From Nitrososphaeria archaeon (GTDB lineage Archaea > Thermoproteota > Nitrososphaeria > Geothermarchaeales > JDFR-13): DNA of 64,000 nt. The stretch is from NCBI GenBank assembly GCA_027078545.1, contig JALWXN010000004.1, positions 640,001-704,000 of the forward strand, given 5' to 3'. Shown piece after piece: positions 1-8,631 of the stretch (within the stretch, counting starts at the first letter, position 1; each line of letters opens with the position of its first letter). Position numbers and translations under genes: made by a program. The notes under the pieces are model-generated. The model had not been told where the DNA came from and did no database searches. It saw nothing but the letters and a program-made list of their open reading frames with translations.

Positions 1-523
1 GTAGGTATAGGTTCCTCCACTCGGGATGTGTGGGTAGCCTACCAACTATGAGTCCAGGCCTGGGGACGAGTATCTTGAGGCCTTGCCTGGCCAGCCTATT
101 GGCGAGCCTCTCGCCTAGGGCCTTGCTTTCGCCATAAACGTTGCTGAGGGGGTCGGGGACATAGGCACTGATATGGATATAGAGCTTGTCGGGAAAATGT
201 CTACCCAGTCCACGGAAGAGGATGTATGGTGTAACGGCGTTGGAGAGGTACATATGTCTGGGTGAACCTCTATTCACACCTATCGCATTGACTATTACAT
301 CGGCGCTACCCGCGTTGGATAGGATCTCGCCGAAGCCGTCGGCGATGCTCTCCACTAGTACCTCTACTACCCCCAGACTTTGATAGAGCCTCCTTAGCCA
401 GGGCCTCTTATAGGCGCTACTCCTCCTTGAGACTACTATGGCTTCCCAGCCCCTCTTCAATGCCTCTAGGACGAGGCTCCTACCTACGTAGCCATACCCA
501 CCTATGACTAGGAGCCTCGTCAT
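1..523 (-). CDS. NAD-dependent epimerase/dehydratase (extended SDR), 3' end outside window
   Basis: Not in the ORF track. My translation from ATG 523 gives MTRLLVIGGYGYVGTSLV (GxxGxxG Rossmann motif) and NVYGESKALGE (YxxxK); the frame stays open to the window edge. Confidence 0.85.
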   Translation of the reverse strand, partial: MTRLLVIGGYGYVGRSLVLEALKRGWEAIVVSRRSSAYKRPWLRRLYQSLGVVEVLVESIADGFGEILSNAGSADVIVNAIGVNRGSPRHMYLSNAVTPYILFRGLGRHFPDKLYIHISAYVPDPLSNVYGESKALGERLANRLARQGLKILVPRPGLIVGRLPTHPEWRNLYL

Positions 524-531
524 GACATTCC

Positions 532-2043
532 TTACTGGCCTAGGAACTTCTCCCTGAGGTGCTGGATATAGTACCTCGGGTTGATATCCTCGCCTGTAGC
601 CATCCTGATGAGTGTAGCCGGGTCGTATGTCCCTCCGTACCTGTGGATCTTCTCCCTGAGGAACTCCCTAATCGTCTTGAAGTCCTTCTCAAGTATGTAG
701 CTGGCTATGTCGCCCCTCTCCCTCTTGAAGGCCTCCAGTATCTGTGAAGCCAGTATGTTGCCCAGCGAGTATGTGGGGAAGTAGCCCATCATCCCGATGC
801 TCCAGTGGATGTCCTGGAGTATGCCCTCTGAGTATCTCTTCGGCCTTATCCCTAGATACTTCTCCATCATATCGTTCCAAACCTGGGGGGCCTCACTCAC
901 CTTCAGCCTCTCGTTTATAAGCATGTTCTCGATCTCCATTCTAATCACTATGTGGAAGTCGTAGGTCAGCTCATCCGCATCCACCCTTATCAATCCTGGC
1001 CTGACGATGTTGAAGTATTTGTAGAGGTCCTCGACGCTGTAGTCCTTGGTGAAGCCTAGGTACTCGTCAAGTATAGGCTTCACAACCTCGGTGAACTCCC
1101 TGCTCCTACCGACTATGTTCTCCCAGAACCTGCTCTGGCTCTCATGAACTCCTAGGCTGGCCCCTCCCTCTAGGGGGGTGTATCTCAGCTGGGGATCGAC
1201 CTGTAGATCGTAGAGGGCGTGTCCAAACTCGTGGAGGACTGAGTACATAGTCCTCCTGAAGTCGTTCCCCTCATACCTCGTTGTTATCCTAACATCGTCT
1301 AGGCCAGCCGCCATGGTGAATGGGTGTAGGGAGACGTCTAGCCTTGCCCTGTCCCATGGATATCCCACCATGCTTAGGACCTCCCTATTCACCTTCTCCA
1401 TCGCGTCCCTGTCGTACTCAACCTTCTCCAGCTCATGCTGGCTTGGATAAGTATCCCCGTTGTACACCTTGTCGAAGATCTTCTTAAGCTCCCCGGCCAC
1501 GTATGTGATGTTGCTCCTAGCCTTCTCATATGTGAGGCCCTCCTCGAAGAGGTCGAGTAGGGCGTCATACCTATTCCCGTCATAGCCTAGGTGCTCAGCT
1601 ACCTGTATGGAGAGGTTGACAACCTTCTCCAGCATGGGCCTGAAGATCTCGAAGTCGTCCTTTATCTTCGCGTCTGCCCACTTTACACGGGCCTCCTGTC
1701 TAGTCCTGGCGATCTCCCTTATCAGGTCGTCGGGTAGCTGGGTATATATCCTGACACCCCTCCTAAGGATCCTCACCACACCCTTCTCGAAATCGTTTAG
1801 AGACTCCAGCTTCTCCTCCGCCTTGTCTATGAGTCTGAGCATCTCAGGGTCGGTCATAAGCCTCTTCGAGAGGGTGCTGAGCTCTGATGAGGCTATGGCA
1901 CGGTCCTTATATCCCTGTTTAGGCATGTAGGTCTCGCTGTCCCACCCCATTATCGAGGAGGCGTGCCCCAACGCCCATATAACCCTATACCTCTCGAGGA
2001 TCTCCCTAATCGTCTCGTCCTGGAAGAGTCTGAGGGTCTCCAT
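532..2043 (-). CDS. Carboxypeptidase, M32 family (Taq/Pfu type)
   Basis: HPF, DVRITTRY, HEFGH (HExxH), HESQSRFWEN, IRVDADE, QDIHW and GYFPTY motifs; 503 aa. Confidence 0.95.
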   Translation of the reverse strand: METLRLFQDETIREILERYRVIWALGHASSIMGWDSETYMPKQGYKDRAIASSELSTLSKRLMTDPEMLRLIDKAEEKLESLNDFEKGVVRILRRGVRIYTQLPDDLIREIARTRQEARVKWADAKIKDDFEIFRPMLEKVVNLSIQVAEHLGYDGNRYDALLDLFEEGLTYEKARSNITYVAGELKKIFDKVYNGDTYPSQHELEKVEYDRDAMEKVNREVLSMVGYPWDRARLDVSLHPFTMAAGLDDVRITTRYEGNDFRRTMYSVLHEFGHALYDLQVDPQLRYTPLEGGASLGVHESQSRFWENIVGRSREFTEVVKPILDEYLGFTKDYSVEDLYKYFNIVRPGLIRVDADELTYDFHIVIRMEIENMLINERLKVSEAPQVWNDMMEKYLGIRPKRYSEGILQDIHWSIGMMGYFPTYSLGNILASQILEAFKRERGDIASYILEKDFKTIREFLREKIHRYGGTYDPATLIRMATGEDINPRYYIQHLREKFLGQ

Positions 2044-2098
2044 GGCTAAGCACTATAGGGTATAGGGGGGTATGGAGACATATAAATGGGGTCTTCTA

Positions 2099-3151
2099 TC
2101 AACGTGTAGAGAGTATCCCGTCCACCTCCTCCGCCAAGACCTCTACATGGTCCTCGAAGCCCTCCAGCAGGTATGTTGTGTCCTCCCTATAGGCATCGGG
2201 TTCACTCATGACCCGGGAGACGATATCCCCGATCCTCTCCGGCCTCGGGACGTATCTGATTGGGAGCCCCCTGCCCATGAGGTAGATGAGGACGTCGTCC
2301 CTGAAGTAGAAGGATATTGTTGGGACACCCATTATCCCCGCCTCTCTAGCCATCGTACCGCCTGAGGATACCACCATGTCGGCTGATGCTATGAGCCTGG
2401 GCGCCTCGACCGCCTCCCTGATAATGGTCACATTGTCTATCCCCCTCAGGATCGTCTCCTCCTCTCCGTAGCGTGGTATCACGGCTACATGGGCATACCT
2501 GGATATCCGCTCCACTATCTCCCTGACCGGGACCCTTGCTCCGTAGCTGTAGCTGGCCTTATGCTCCACACCGCGGAATATAATGAGCCTCTCAGGAGGC
2601 TCCTCGAAGAACTCCTTCCTGAGCCTCTCCCTATCCACATTGATATATTCCTTTGCCCACGTATACTCCTCCGTCCCCCTATAGACCCTTATACTGCATG
2701 GATCCGCTCCGTGCTCAACCCATTTACAGGGAGCTACAGCCTCGGGCGACACTAACCTGGTGGCTAGGGAGGCGGTCAGCTTCACCACTGGAATGTTGTG
2801 TGGAGTGTCGTTACTGTATAGGACTGGTATCCCGAGCTGGTAGGCCGTCCTTATCACAGCCACGTTCCCATGGCTCCATACCAGGTCTGGCCCGTAGTCC
2901 TGGAAGACCTCTAGGAGTCTGGATTCCTGGTCGAGGGTGGCCCGGTACTTAGACACTATGTCGGTGCCGTACCACCCCGTCACCACATGCCCTATCCCCA
3001 GCCTATCGAGGAGACCCGTCGTCTGGGTGGACTCCCTCGATACTACTAAGTATTCATGACCCCTATCCTCTAGGAGGGGTATCAGATACTTGATTATCAA
3101 GGCGTCCTTCGGCGTCGAGGCGTCGAGAACTATCCTAGCCAATAATACCAC
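2099..3151 (-). CDS. DUF354-family GT-B-fold protein (glycosyltransferase/epimerase-like)
   Basis: C-terminal SSGGTMAREAGIMGVPTIS motif typical of DUF354; 350 aa. Confidence 0.75.
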   Translation of the reverse strand: MVLLARIVLDASTPKDALIIKYLIPLLEDRGHEYLVVSRESTQTTGLLDRLGIGHVVTGWYGTDIVSKYRATLDQESRLLEVFQDYGPDLVWSHGNVAVIRTAYQLGIPVLYSNDTPHNIPVVKLTASLATRLVSPEAVAPCKWVEHGADPCSIRVYRGTEEYTWAKEYINVDRERLRKEFFEEPPERLIIFRGVEHKASYSYGARVPVREIVERISRYAHVAVIPRYGEEETILRGIDNVTIIREAVEAPRLIASADMVVSSGGTMAREAGIMGVPTISFYFRDDVLIYLMGRGLPIRYVPRPERIGDIVSRVMSEPDAYREDTTYLLEGFEDHVEVLAEEVDGILSTR

Positions 3152-3213
3152 CTTCCCCCTATCCAGCCGTCTTAATATAATCTACATTGCTATGTAAATT
3201 GTTGGGGTTTAAA

Positions 3214-3546
3214 ATGGCGTCCCTCAGCACTGGCTATGTCATCGTCGGGGCCTACGCCAAGAAGCTCCGCAGGACACTCTTCGCCCAGCTCAAGGACTCT
3301 GTGAAGAATGGGGCTGTCTCTAACCAGGAGGTTGCCCGTGCAGCCGCTGAGATGAATCAGCTACTATACCATATCCTCGTGGAGGATCTCGGCCTTGACA
3401 AGGGAGACGTGGTAAGGGTTAGGGTGGAGTATGAGGTCGCCGATGGCCAGGTGAAGTGGAAGCTGGACACATTGTCTATCGAGGCCTTCCGCCGCCTACC
3501 CGATGAGCAGGTGAACGAGGCGGTTAAGAACAGGGTGGCTGCCTAG
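3214..3546 (+). CDS. DUF2258 / ThermoDBP-related single-stranded nucleic-acid-binding protein
   Basis: LSTGYVIVGAYAKKLRRTLFA...KGDVVRVRVEY signature. ATG 3214 is preferred over the track's TTG 3187. Confidence 0.85.
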   Translation: MASLSTGYVIVGAYAKKLRRTLFAQLKDSVKNGAVSNQEVARAAAEMNQLLYHILVEDLGLDKGDVVRVRVEYEVADGQVKWKLDTLSIEAFRRLPDEQVNEAVKNRVAA

Positions 3547-3550
3547 CTAC

Positions 3551-3808
3551 CTAATCCCCTCCAATCTTTATCTCAACATCAAGTCCATACTCGATCTCCC
3601 TTATCTCCTTGATCCTGATTTTGAGGCCCTTCTCATTCAGTATTATCTCCAGGTCCTCCGCCCAGTCGTAGTAGCCGCAGGTCTCGCAGAATGGTCCTGT
3701 TATCCTAACCTCTAGGGTGTCCCCCTCAAGCCTCCTTATCTCGGCCCTAGCCTCGGCCCCTCTATACCTGTTATACTCCTCTATGGCCTCCCTAATCTCC
3801 CTCTTCAT
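3551..3808 (-). CDS. Small CxxC protein (NifU-C/FeS-assembly-like fold, uncertain)
   Basis: VRITGPFCETCG motif; ATGA overlap with the upstream VIT1 gene. Confidence 0.6.
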   Translation of the reverse strand: MKREIREAIEEYNRYRGAEARAEIRRLEGDTLEVRITGPFCETCGYYDWAEDLEIILNEKGLKIRIKEIREIEYGLDVEIKIGGD

Positions 3809-4680
3809 ACCTCTACATCGATGTTGAAGACAGCTCTTATTACCCAGCCTATTGTGAAGGTTATCGCAGCTACTCCGAGGGTCAGGCCAAGCATCTCTAT
3901 GTAGCTCCTCCCCCAGTCCGCCTCCCTAACCACAGAGGTGTAGAATGTCAGGGCCGCTATTATCAGGGCGGCGTTGAAGAGGCTTATGCTCAGCGCTATC
4001 AATGGGTTGGGTATCAAGAAGTAGGAGACTACTAGGGTTAGAACGGTCAGGATGTATGCGGAGCCTGTGTAGAAGGCTCCCTTCACGGCGTTTCTGTCCC
4101 CCTCGCTCTTCCTGCTCAGATATTCTGAGACGGCCATAGACATCGAGGCAGCTATACCTGTTATGAGTGCGGCGAACCCCACGAGCAGCGTGTTGTTAAG
4201 TGCTAGGCTCAGCCCGGCGAGGGCACCCGTGAGCTCTATAAGGGCGTCTGATAGGCCGAGTACTATCGAGCCTATAAACTCTATCCTCTCGTCTGACAAT
4301 AGGCTTAATAGCTTCTCCTCATGCTCGAACTCGTCCTGGAGGATCTCCTCAGCCACGCCTATCTTCTGGGCCAGCTGCTTATACCTCTCTTCCGACTTCT
4401 TCTCACCCTGCTCCATCAGCTTGATCGTGAAGACAAGTCCAAATATCCTATAGACGAGTTTATAGAGCCTTATCTTGCCCCAGTCCGGCTCAACATCTAT
4501 GCCGGTATACTCCCTCCATATGTTGTAGTGCTTCTTCTCATCCTCGGCTATCTCTAGGAGGATCTTCTTATTCTCCCCCTCCTCCTTCTCGGCTAGGAAT
4601 TTATAGATGTAATGCTCGGTTATCTCCTGCCTCTGAAACTCTATGAGATCCTTCTTCATCTCCTCTGTTATTACGCTCAT
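3805..4680 (-). CDS. VIT1/CCC1 iron/manganese exporter with N-terminal ferritin/rubrerythrin-like domain
   Basis: N-terminal EITEH...DEKKH...DEFEHE; membrane part IVLGLSDAL...SMAVSEYLS. ATG 4680 is preferred over 4713. Confidence 0.88.
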   Translation of the reverse strand: MSVITEEMKKDLIEFQRQEITEHYIYKFLAEKEEGENKKILLEIAEDEKKHYNIWREYTGIDVEPDWGKIRLYKLVYRIFGLVFTIKLMEQGEKKSEERYKQLAQKIGVAEEILQDEFEHEEKLLSLLSDERIEFIGSIVLGLSDALIELTGALAGLSLALNNTLLVGFAALITGIAASMSMAVSEYLSRKSEGDRNAVKGAFYTGSAYILTVLTLVVSYFLIPNPLIALSISLFNAALIIAALTFYTSVVREADWGRSYIEMLGLTLGVAAITFTIGWVIRAVFNIDVEV

Positions 4681-4744
4681 TCCTATCCAATTATAGTGGG
4701 TGGATAGCCTCATATTTTAGTCAATAGGGGGTAATATCCTCCAC

Positions 4745-5509
4745 ATGAGCTACGAGACCATCGAGGTTATTGATAGGGACGGCGTTAGGTGGATAGTCTT
4801 CAACAGGCCTGAGAAGCTCAACGCCTTCAACACCAGGATGATGGACGAGATCATCAGGGCCACGACGGAGGGCGAGGCATGGGCATATGTCTATACCGGG
4901 CGGGGAAGATTCTTCTCAGCAGGTATAGACCTCTCAGAGGTCGCTTCGTCCAAGGATGCCGATGAGTCTGGAGCCGTGTTCGCCAAGCTGGGGGAGATGT
5001 TCAACACGATCTTCCAGCTCGACCAGCCGGTTATAGTCGCTCTTAACGGGGATGCATATGGCGGTGGAGCCGAGTTTATATGGCTTGGGGACGTGGTTAT
5101 AGCCCCTAGGGATGCCAAGATCGGCTGGGCCGAGGCTAAGTGGGGCCTTATACCGCCTCTCCTACCCCTACTGGGGAGTATATCGATGGGGATTGGGAGG
5201 GCCCAGTACATCGCCTACACCTCGGGAGTCGTTAAGGCTAAGGATCTCGAGCATTATGGAGTCATTTCGAAGCTGGTGGATAGCCCTGGGGATATTGAGG
5301 AGGAGGTCTCCAAGACGCTTGATGAGATAAGGGCTAACTCGCCCAGTGCCTTCAGGTCGCTCAAGAACTATTTCAGGATGATTAAGCTGGGCCCACTGGC
5401 TGCCTATGGCGTCTCTGAGCTGGAGAGGTTATCGAGGAGTGGCCGGGTTATAGAGGCGGCTAGGGAGTTCCTCAGGAGTAAGAGGCAGCCGAGCTATGAC
5501 TGGGGCTGA
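4745..5509 (+). CDS. Enoyl-CoA hydratase/isomerase (crotonase superfamily)
   Basis: FNRPEKLNA, FSAGIDL, NGDAYGGG and AEAKWGL motifs. Confidence 0.9.
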   Translation: MSYETIEVIDRDGVRWIVFNRPEKLNAFNTRMMDEIIRATTEGEAWAYVYTGRGRFFSAGIDLSEVASSKDADESGAVFAKLGEMFNTIFQLDQPVIVALNGDAYGGGAEFIWLGDVVIAPRDAKIGWAEAKWGLIPPLLPLLGSISMGIGRAQYIAYTSGVVKAKDLEHYGVISKLVDSPGDIEEEVSKTLDEIRANSPSAFRSLKNYFRMIKLGPLAAYGVSELERLSRSGRVIEAAREFLRSKRQPSYDWG

Positions 5510-6042
5510 GTACACTTCACCAGGTATCTAAACCTGTCGAGCCTCCTATAGTCCGTCTCGGGGCATAGCCTCCCAACCTTTTTCTTAAGCTCCTCAGGCC
5601 TGTAGAAGTTTCCCGGGAAGCCTAGGAGCCTCTCGAATAGCCATATGAACCTCCCAATTATACTGCCCGGGTCAAACTCGAAGATGTAGATCCTCCCCCT
5701 AGAGACGGCGTGGGCGTTCTCCAACGCCTTATCTACGTCGCTGAAGTGGTGTAGGGCGTCATGCATAATCACGGCGTCGAAGCAGGCCTCTCGGAAGACC
5801 TTCTCCTCCGCCGGTGCTAAGACCCTATCTATAGTATCGGGTCCATAGCTCAGCAGCTTATAGTCGATGTCCTGGACGACATAGTAACAATCCTCGATGT
5901 AACGGCTAAGGTATCCAGGCCCCCCTCCAAGGTCTAGGATATCCCCCTCCTCGTATGAGAGGATCCTACCCGCCTCTCCATAGAAGAGGCTCTCCTTGGG
6001 AGGCTTCCTATAGGCGAGTCTCAATAAGTGCTGGCCGATCAT
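5494..6042 (-). CDS. Class I SAM-dependent methyltransferase
   Basis: ILDLGGGPG (motif I) and FDAVIMHDALHH. Confidence 0.85.
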   Translation of the reverse strand: MIGQHLLRLAYRKPPKESLFYGEAGRILSYEEGDILDLGGGPGYLSRYIEDCYYVVQDIDYKLLSYGPDTIDRVLAPAEEKVFREACFDAVIMHDALHHFSDVDKALENAHAVSRGRIYIFEFDPGSIIGRFIWLFERLLGFPGNFYRPEELKKKVGRLCPETDYRRLDRFRYLVKCTQPQS

Positions 6043-6106
6043 CGGTATCTATATAGACTCCCCAGTATATAGGGGTGGAGCCATTTCTTAGACTGGTGGT
6101 CGGTGG

Positions 6107-6406
6107 ATGCCGAGGGTATCGGTACGCTATCTCGCAGCCGTCGCCGACTACACGGGTAGGAAGGAGGAGGAGTTCGAGCTGCCCGACGGGGCGACGGTTA
6201 AGGATCTACTAGACACTATCCGTGAGAAGTATCCCAGGGTTGCTGAGATCGAGAGGAGATTCCCCCTACTCATCCTTAGGAATGGTGTCAACGCCAAGCC
6301 CGAGGATAGATTGGTGGATGGGGATAGGGTAGCCCTACTACCACCGGTCTCGGGAGGGAGCCGGTTTAAACCACCCGCCGAGTATTCTTATGGGTGTGGG
6401 GATTAG
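6107..6406 (+). CDS. moaD: MoaD/ThiS/SAMP sulfur carrier with a 15-aa extension after the di-Gly
   Basis: Beta-grasp pattern ending DGDRVALLPPVSGG, then SRFKPPAEYSYGCGD; adjacent to moaE. Confidence 0.88.
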   Translation: MPRVSVRYLAAVADYTGRKEEEFELPDGATVKDLLDTIREKYPRVAEIERRFPLLILRNGVNAKPEDRLVDGDRVALLPPVSGGSRFKPPAEYSYGCGD

Positions 6407-6874
6407 ATGCCTGAGGGTAGGGTTATAGAGGGTGAGGTGGATCTAAACAGGGTTGTGGAGGAACTATCAGGGAAGGCTGGGGAGGGTATGGGTGCGATAG
6501 TGGTCTTCATAGGCTTCGTGAAGGGATCGGTAGATGGTAAACGTGTCGAGAGGCTCGACTATGAGGTCTATGAGCCCTATACCTCGCAGCACCTCCAGCG
6601 CATAGCGGAGGAAGAGATGGATGAGGGTGTTATGGACATCAGGATCTATCATAGGCATGGGAACCTGAGGCCTGGTGAGAAGACCCTCTACATCGTCGTG
6701 GCGGCTAGGGGTAGGAGGATAGCCTTCGAGAAGGCCCGTAGAGTATTGGAGAGGGTGAAGCATGAGCCCCCAATATTCAAGCTGGAGCATCGTGAGGACG
6801 GTGACTACTGGGTCTTCGGGGATGGTATGAGGCTTAGCAGGGAGGAGACCCTACCCGAGAAGCGTCTCGAGTAG
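6407..6874 (+). CDS. moaE: Molybdopterin synthase catalytic subunit MoaE
   Basis: GAIVVFIGFVKG, LDYEVY, HRHGNL and VKHEPPIFKLE motifs. Confidence 0.92.
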   Translation: MPEGRVIEGEVDLNRVVEELSGKAGEGMGAIVVFIGFVKGSVDGKRVERLDYEVYEPYTSQHLQRIAEEEMDEGVMDIRIYHRHGNLRPGEKTLYIVVAARGRRIAFEKARRVLERVKHEPPIFKLEHREDGDYWVFGDGMRLSREETLPEKRLE

Positions 6875-7675
6875 CTCTGCAGACGCCTCCAGCGAGGCGT
6901 CGACCCATGATATTGGATAGATGTGTATACCTATCCTGTAGCCACCCATCCTAGCCGTCTCGATGACCCTCCCAAGAGACTCTGCCAGCCAGGCAAGGTA
7001 GTCAGACCTTCCGATCATAGAGGTGTCTATATGACCCGAGAGATACTTCTCGAGGCTCTCCAGGTGGGGGGCTACACCTACTAGGTATGTCCTGTCCCTA
7101 GGTGGAGATACATCCCTGAACAGCTTGATGAAGGGCTCAGGATCAGTCAATACCTGGGACTGGAAGAAGGTTAGGCCCAGCCCTGCCTTGAACCTTATCC
7201 TCTCCTCCTCCCCCTCCCTACCTGGTATGAATGCCCCCCCGAGCTGGAAGCTGTGGCTCTCCACCCTGTGCTCCTCACCATTGATCACGAGCCTCCCCTC
7301 CCCTATGCCCAACGCCATCTCCACGGCCTCCTCATACCCGATTCCACCCAGTTTCACATCCCCAGATAGGAGGAGGAGCCCCTCCACCCCGATCAATGCA
7401 TACTGGATCAGCTTACCAGCCAATGTATACCTGTTCTCTACTCCAAGTGGGACATGTATTATGACGGGTGTGGAGAGCTCCTCCTTGATGTATAGAGCTG
7501 TGTAGCCGGGATCGGCGGTAGGCCTTCCCAGGCTATGATAGGGTATGTTGATGGCGTCTATGTACCGTGTTAGGCCATAGCCTGTCAGGAGCTCGGATAT
7601 CCTCTCTAGCTGTTCATACCTCCTCACTAGTGGGGCCTCTATCGTTACGGGTGTCGATCCCTTGAAGATATCCAT
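6851..7675 (-). CDS. metF: Methylenetetrahydrofolate reductase-like flavoprotein (MetF-like)
   Basis: VTIE...DAINIP...VIIH...LLLLSGD...K..G.TFFQSQ...GIHIY matches the MTHFR TIM barrel; divergent from the methionine synthase genes. Confidence 0.7.
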   Translation of the reverse strand: MDIFKGSTPVTIEAPLVRRYEQLERISELLTGYGLTRYIDAINIPYHSLGRPTADPGYTALYIKEELSTPVIIHVPLGVENRYTLAGKLIQYALIGVEGLLLLSGDVKLGGIGYEEAVEMALGIGEGRLVINGEEHRVESHSFQLGGAFIPGREGEEERIRFKAGLGLTFFQSQVLTDPEPFIKLFRDVSPPRDRTYLVGVAPHLESLEKYLSGHIDTSMIGRSDYLAWLAESLGRVIETARMGGYRIGIHIYPISWVDASLEASAELLETLLG

Positions 7676-7702
7676 ACTAAGGGTATTAGGGATGCCCCCC
7701 AG

Positions 7703-7725
7703 TAATTAAGGCGTCTGCTTAATAT
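7703..7725. promoter_or_regulatory. Back-to-back TATA boxes of the metF / split-metE divergon
   Basis: CTTAATAT (+, 7718-7725) and CTTAATTA (-, 7710-7703), each roughly 20-30 nt before a start codon (7747 and 7675). Confidence 0.55.
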
Positions 7726-7740
7726 GTCTGTAGCTGCTAC

Positions 7741-8631
7741 ATGGGTATGTGGTCTGAGATGCCAGAGGCCTTCCCAGTAGGGATCTTCCCCCGGTCGGAG
7801 AGGCTGATAAGGACGTGGAAGGCCTATGAACGGGGGGAGGTGGATGAGGAGGAGCTTAACAGGGTCTATATCGAGCATCTCCACGAGGTTTATAGGGCTA
7901 TGGTCTACACGGGTGTAAGCTATACCCATGACCCCCAGTCCAACTGGCACGACATCTTCAGGCCCTTCACCAAGATGCCTGGGATCGAGGCCGGCCCAGT
8001 TACGAGGTGGTATGAGAACAACACGTTCTACAGGATGCCCATCATCAAGGAGCCTAGGTTCAGCCCGGAGGTGATGGATGGATACCTGGGTAGGCAGGTT
8101 GAGAAGTTTGACCTGATAAGTCTCCCGGGGCCCTACACGATGGCTAGGCTATCTAGGCTGGAGACCAGGGCTGATGAGGTCTCGAAGCTTATCTATAAAG
8201 CTGTGAACTACGTCCTGGGGAAGGGGTATAGGAAGGTGTTTCTACATGAGCCCGAGACGGTGTATAGGGAGCTGGACACAAGGCTCATCGAGAAGCTATA
8301 CAAGCCCCTGAAGGGTCTCGACATAGTTATACATACCTACTTCGGAGACGTCTCCAAGATATGTAGGGCTCTAGACACACTCGGTATTGAGTACACGGCT
8401 GACCTGATGGAGACACCCCTCGAGAAGATCAGTGGGTGTGGATCACGTATCCTAGGCGCTGTGGATGGGGCCAACACGTTACTCGAGGATCCGGATGAAC
8501 TGGTCCAGAGGATTAGAAGCGTAGTTGGAGACGAGTTCACAGTGATCAATAACGTGGATCTCGACTTCCTCCCCTACAGCTACGCCCTTGAGAAGCTACG
8601 CGTACTCGGTAGGATAAGGGGTGGTGTATAA
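7741..8631 (+). CDS. Split cobalamin-independent methionine synthase, N-terminal-barrel-like subunit
   Basis: GIFPRSERL, WHDIFRP, TRWYENNTFYRMP, PGPYT and GAVDGANT; lacks the Zn ligands; 1-nt overlap with the catalytic subunit. Alternative start 7747. Confidence 0.8.
   Translation: MGMWSEMPEAFPVGIFPRSERLIRTWKAYERGEVDEEELNRVYIEHLHEVYRAMVYTGVSYTHDPQSNWHDIFRPFTKMPGIEAGPVTRWYENNTFYRMPIIKEPRFSPEVMDGYLGRQVEKFDLISLPGPYTMARLSRLETRADEVSKLIYKAVNYVLGKGYRKVFLHEPETVYRELDTRLIEKLYKPLKGLDIVIHTYFGDVSKICRALDTLGIEYTADLMETPLEKISGCGSRILGAVDGANTLLEDPDELVQRIRSVVGDEFTVINNVDLDFLPYSYALEKLRVLGRIRGGV

Noticed and set aside
6404-6409. Amber readthrough (pyrrolysine) joining moaD and moaE
   Set aside because: No pyl genes or tRNA-Pyl in the window, TAG is a very common ordinary stop here, and moaE has its own ATG and purine-rich upstream sequence.
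7705-7723. ATTAAG-N7-CTTAAT inverted repeat as a transcription-factor operator
   Set aside because: Adequately explained by back-to-back TATA boxes of the divergent promoters.
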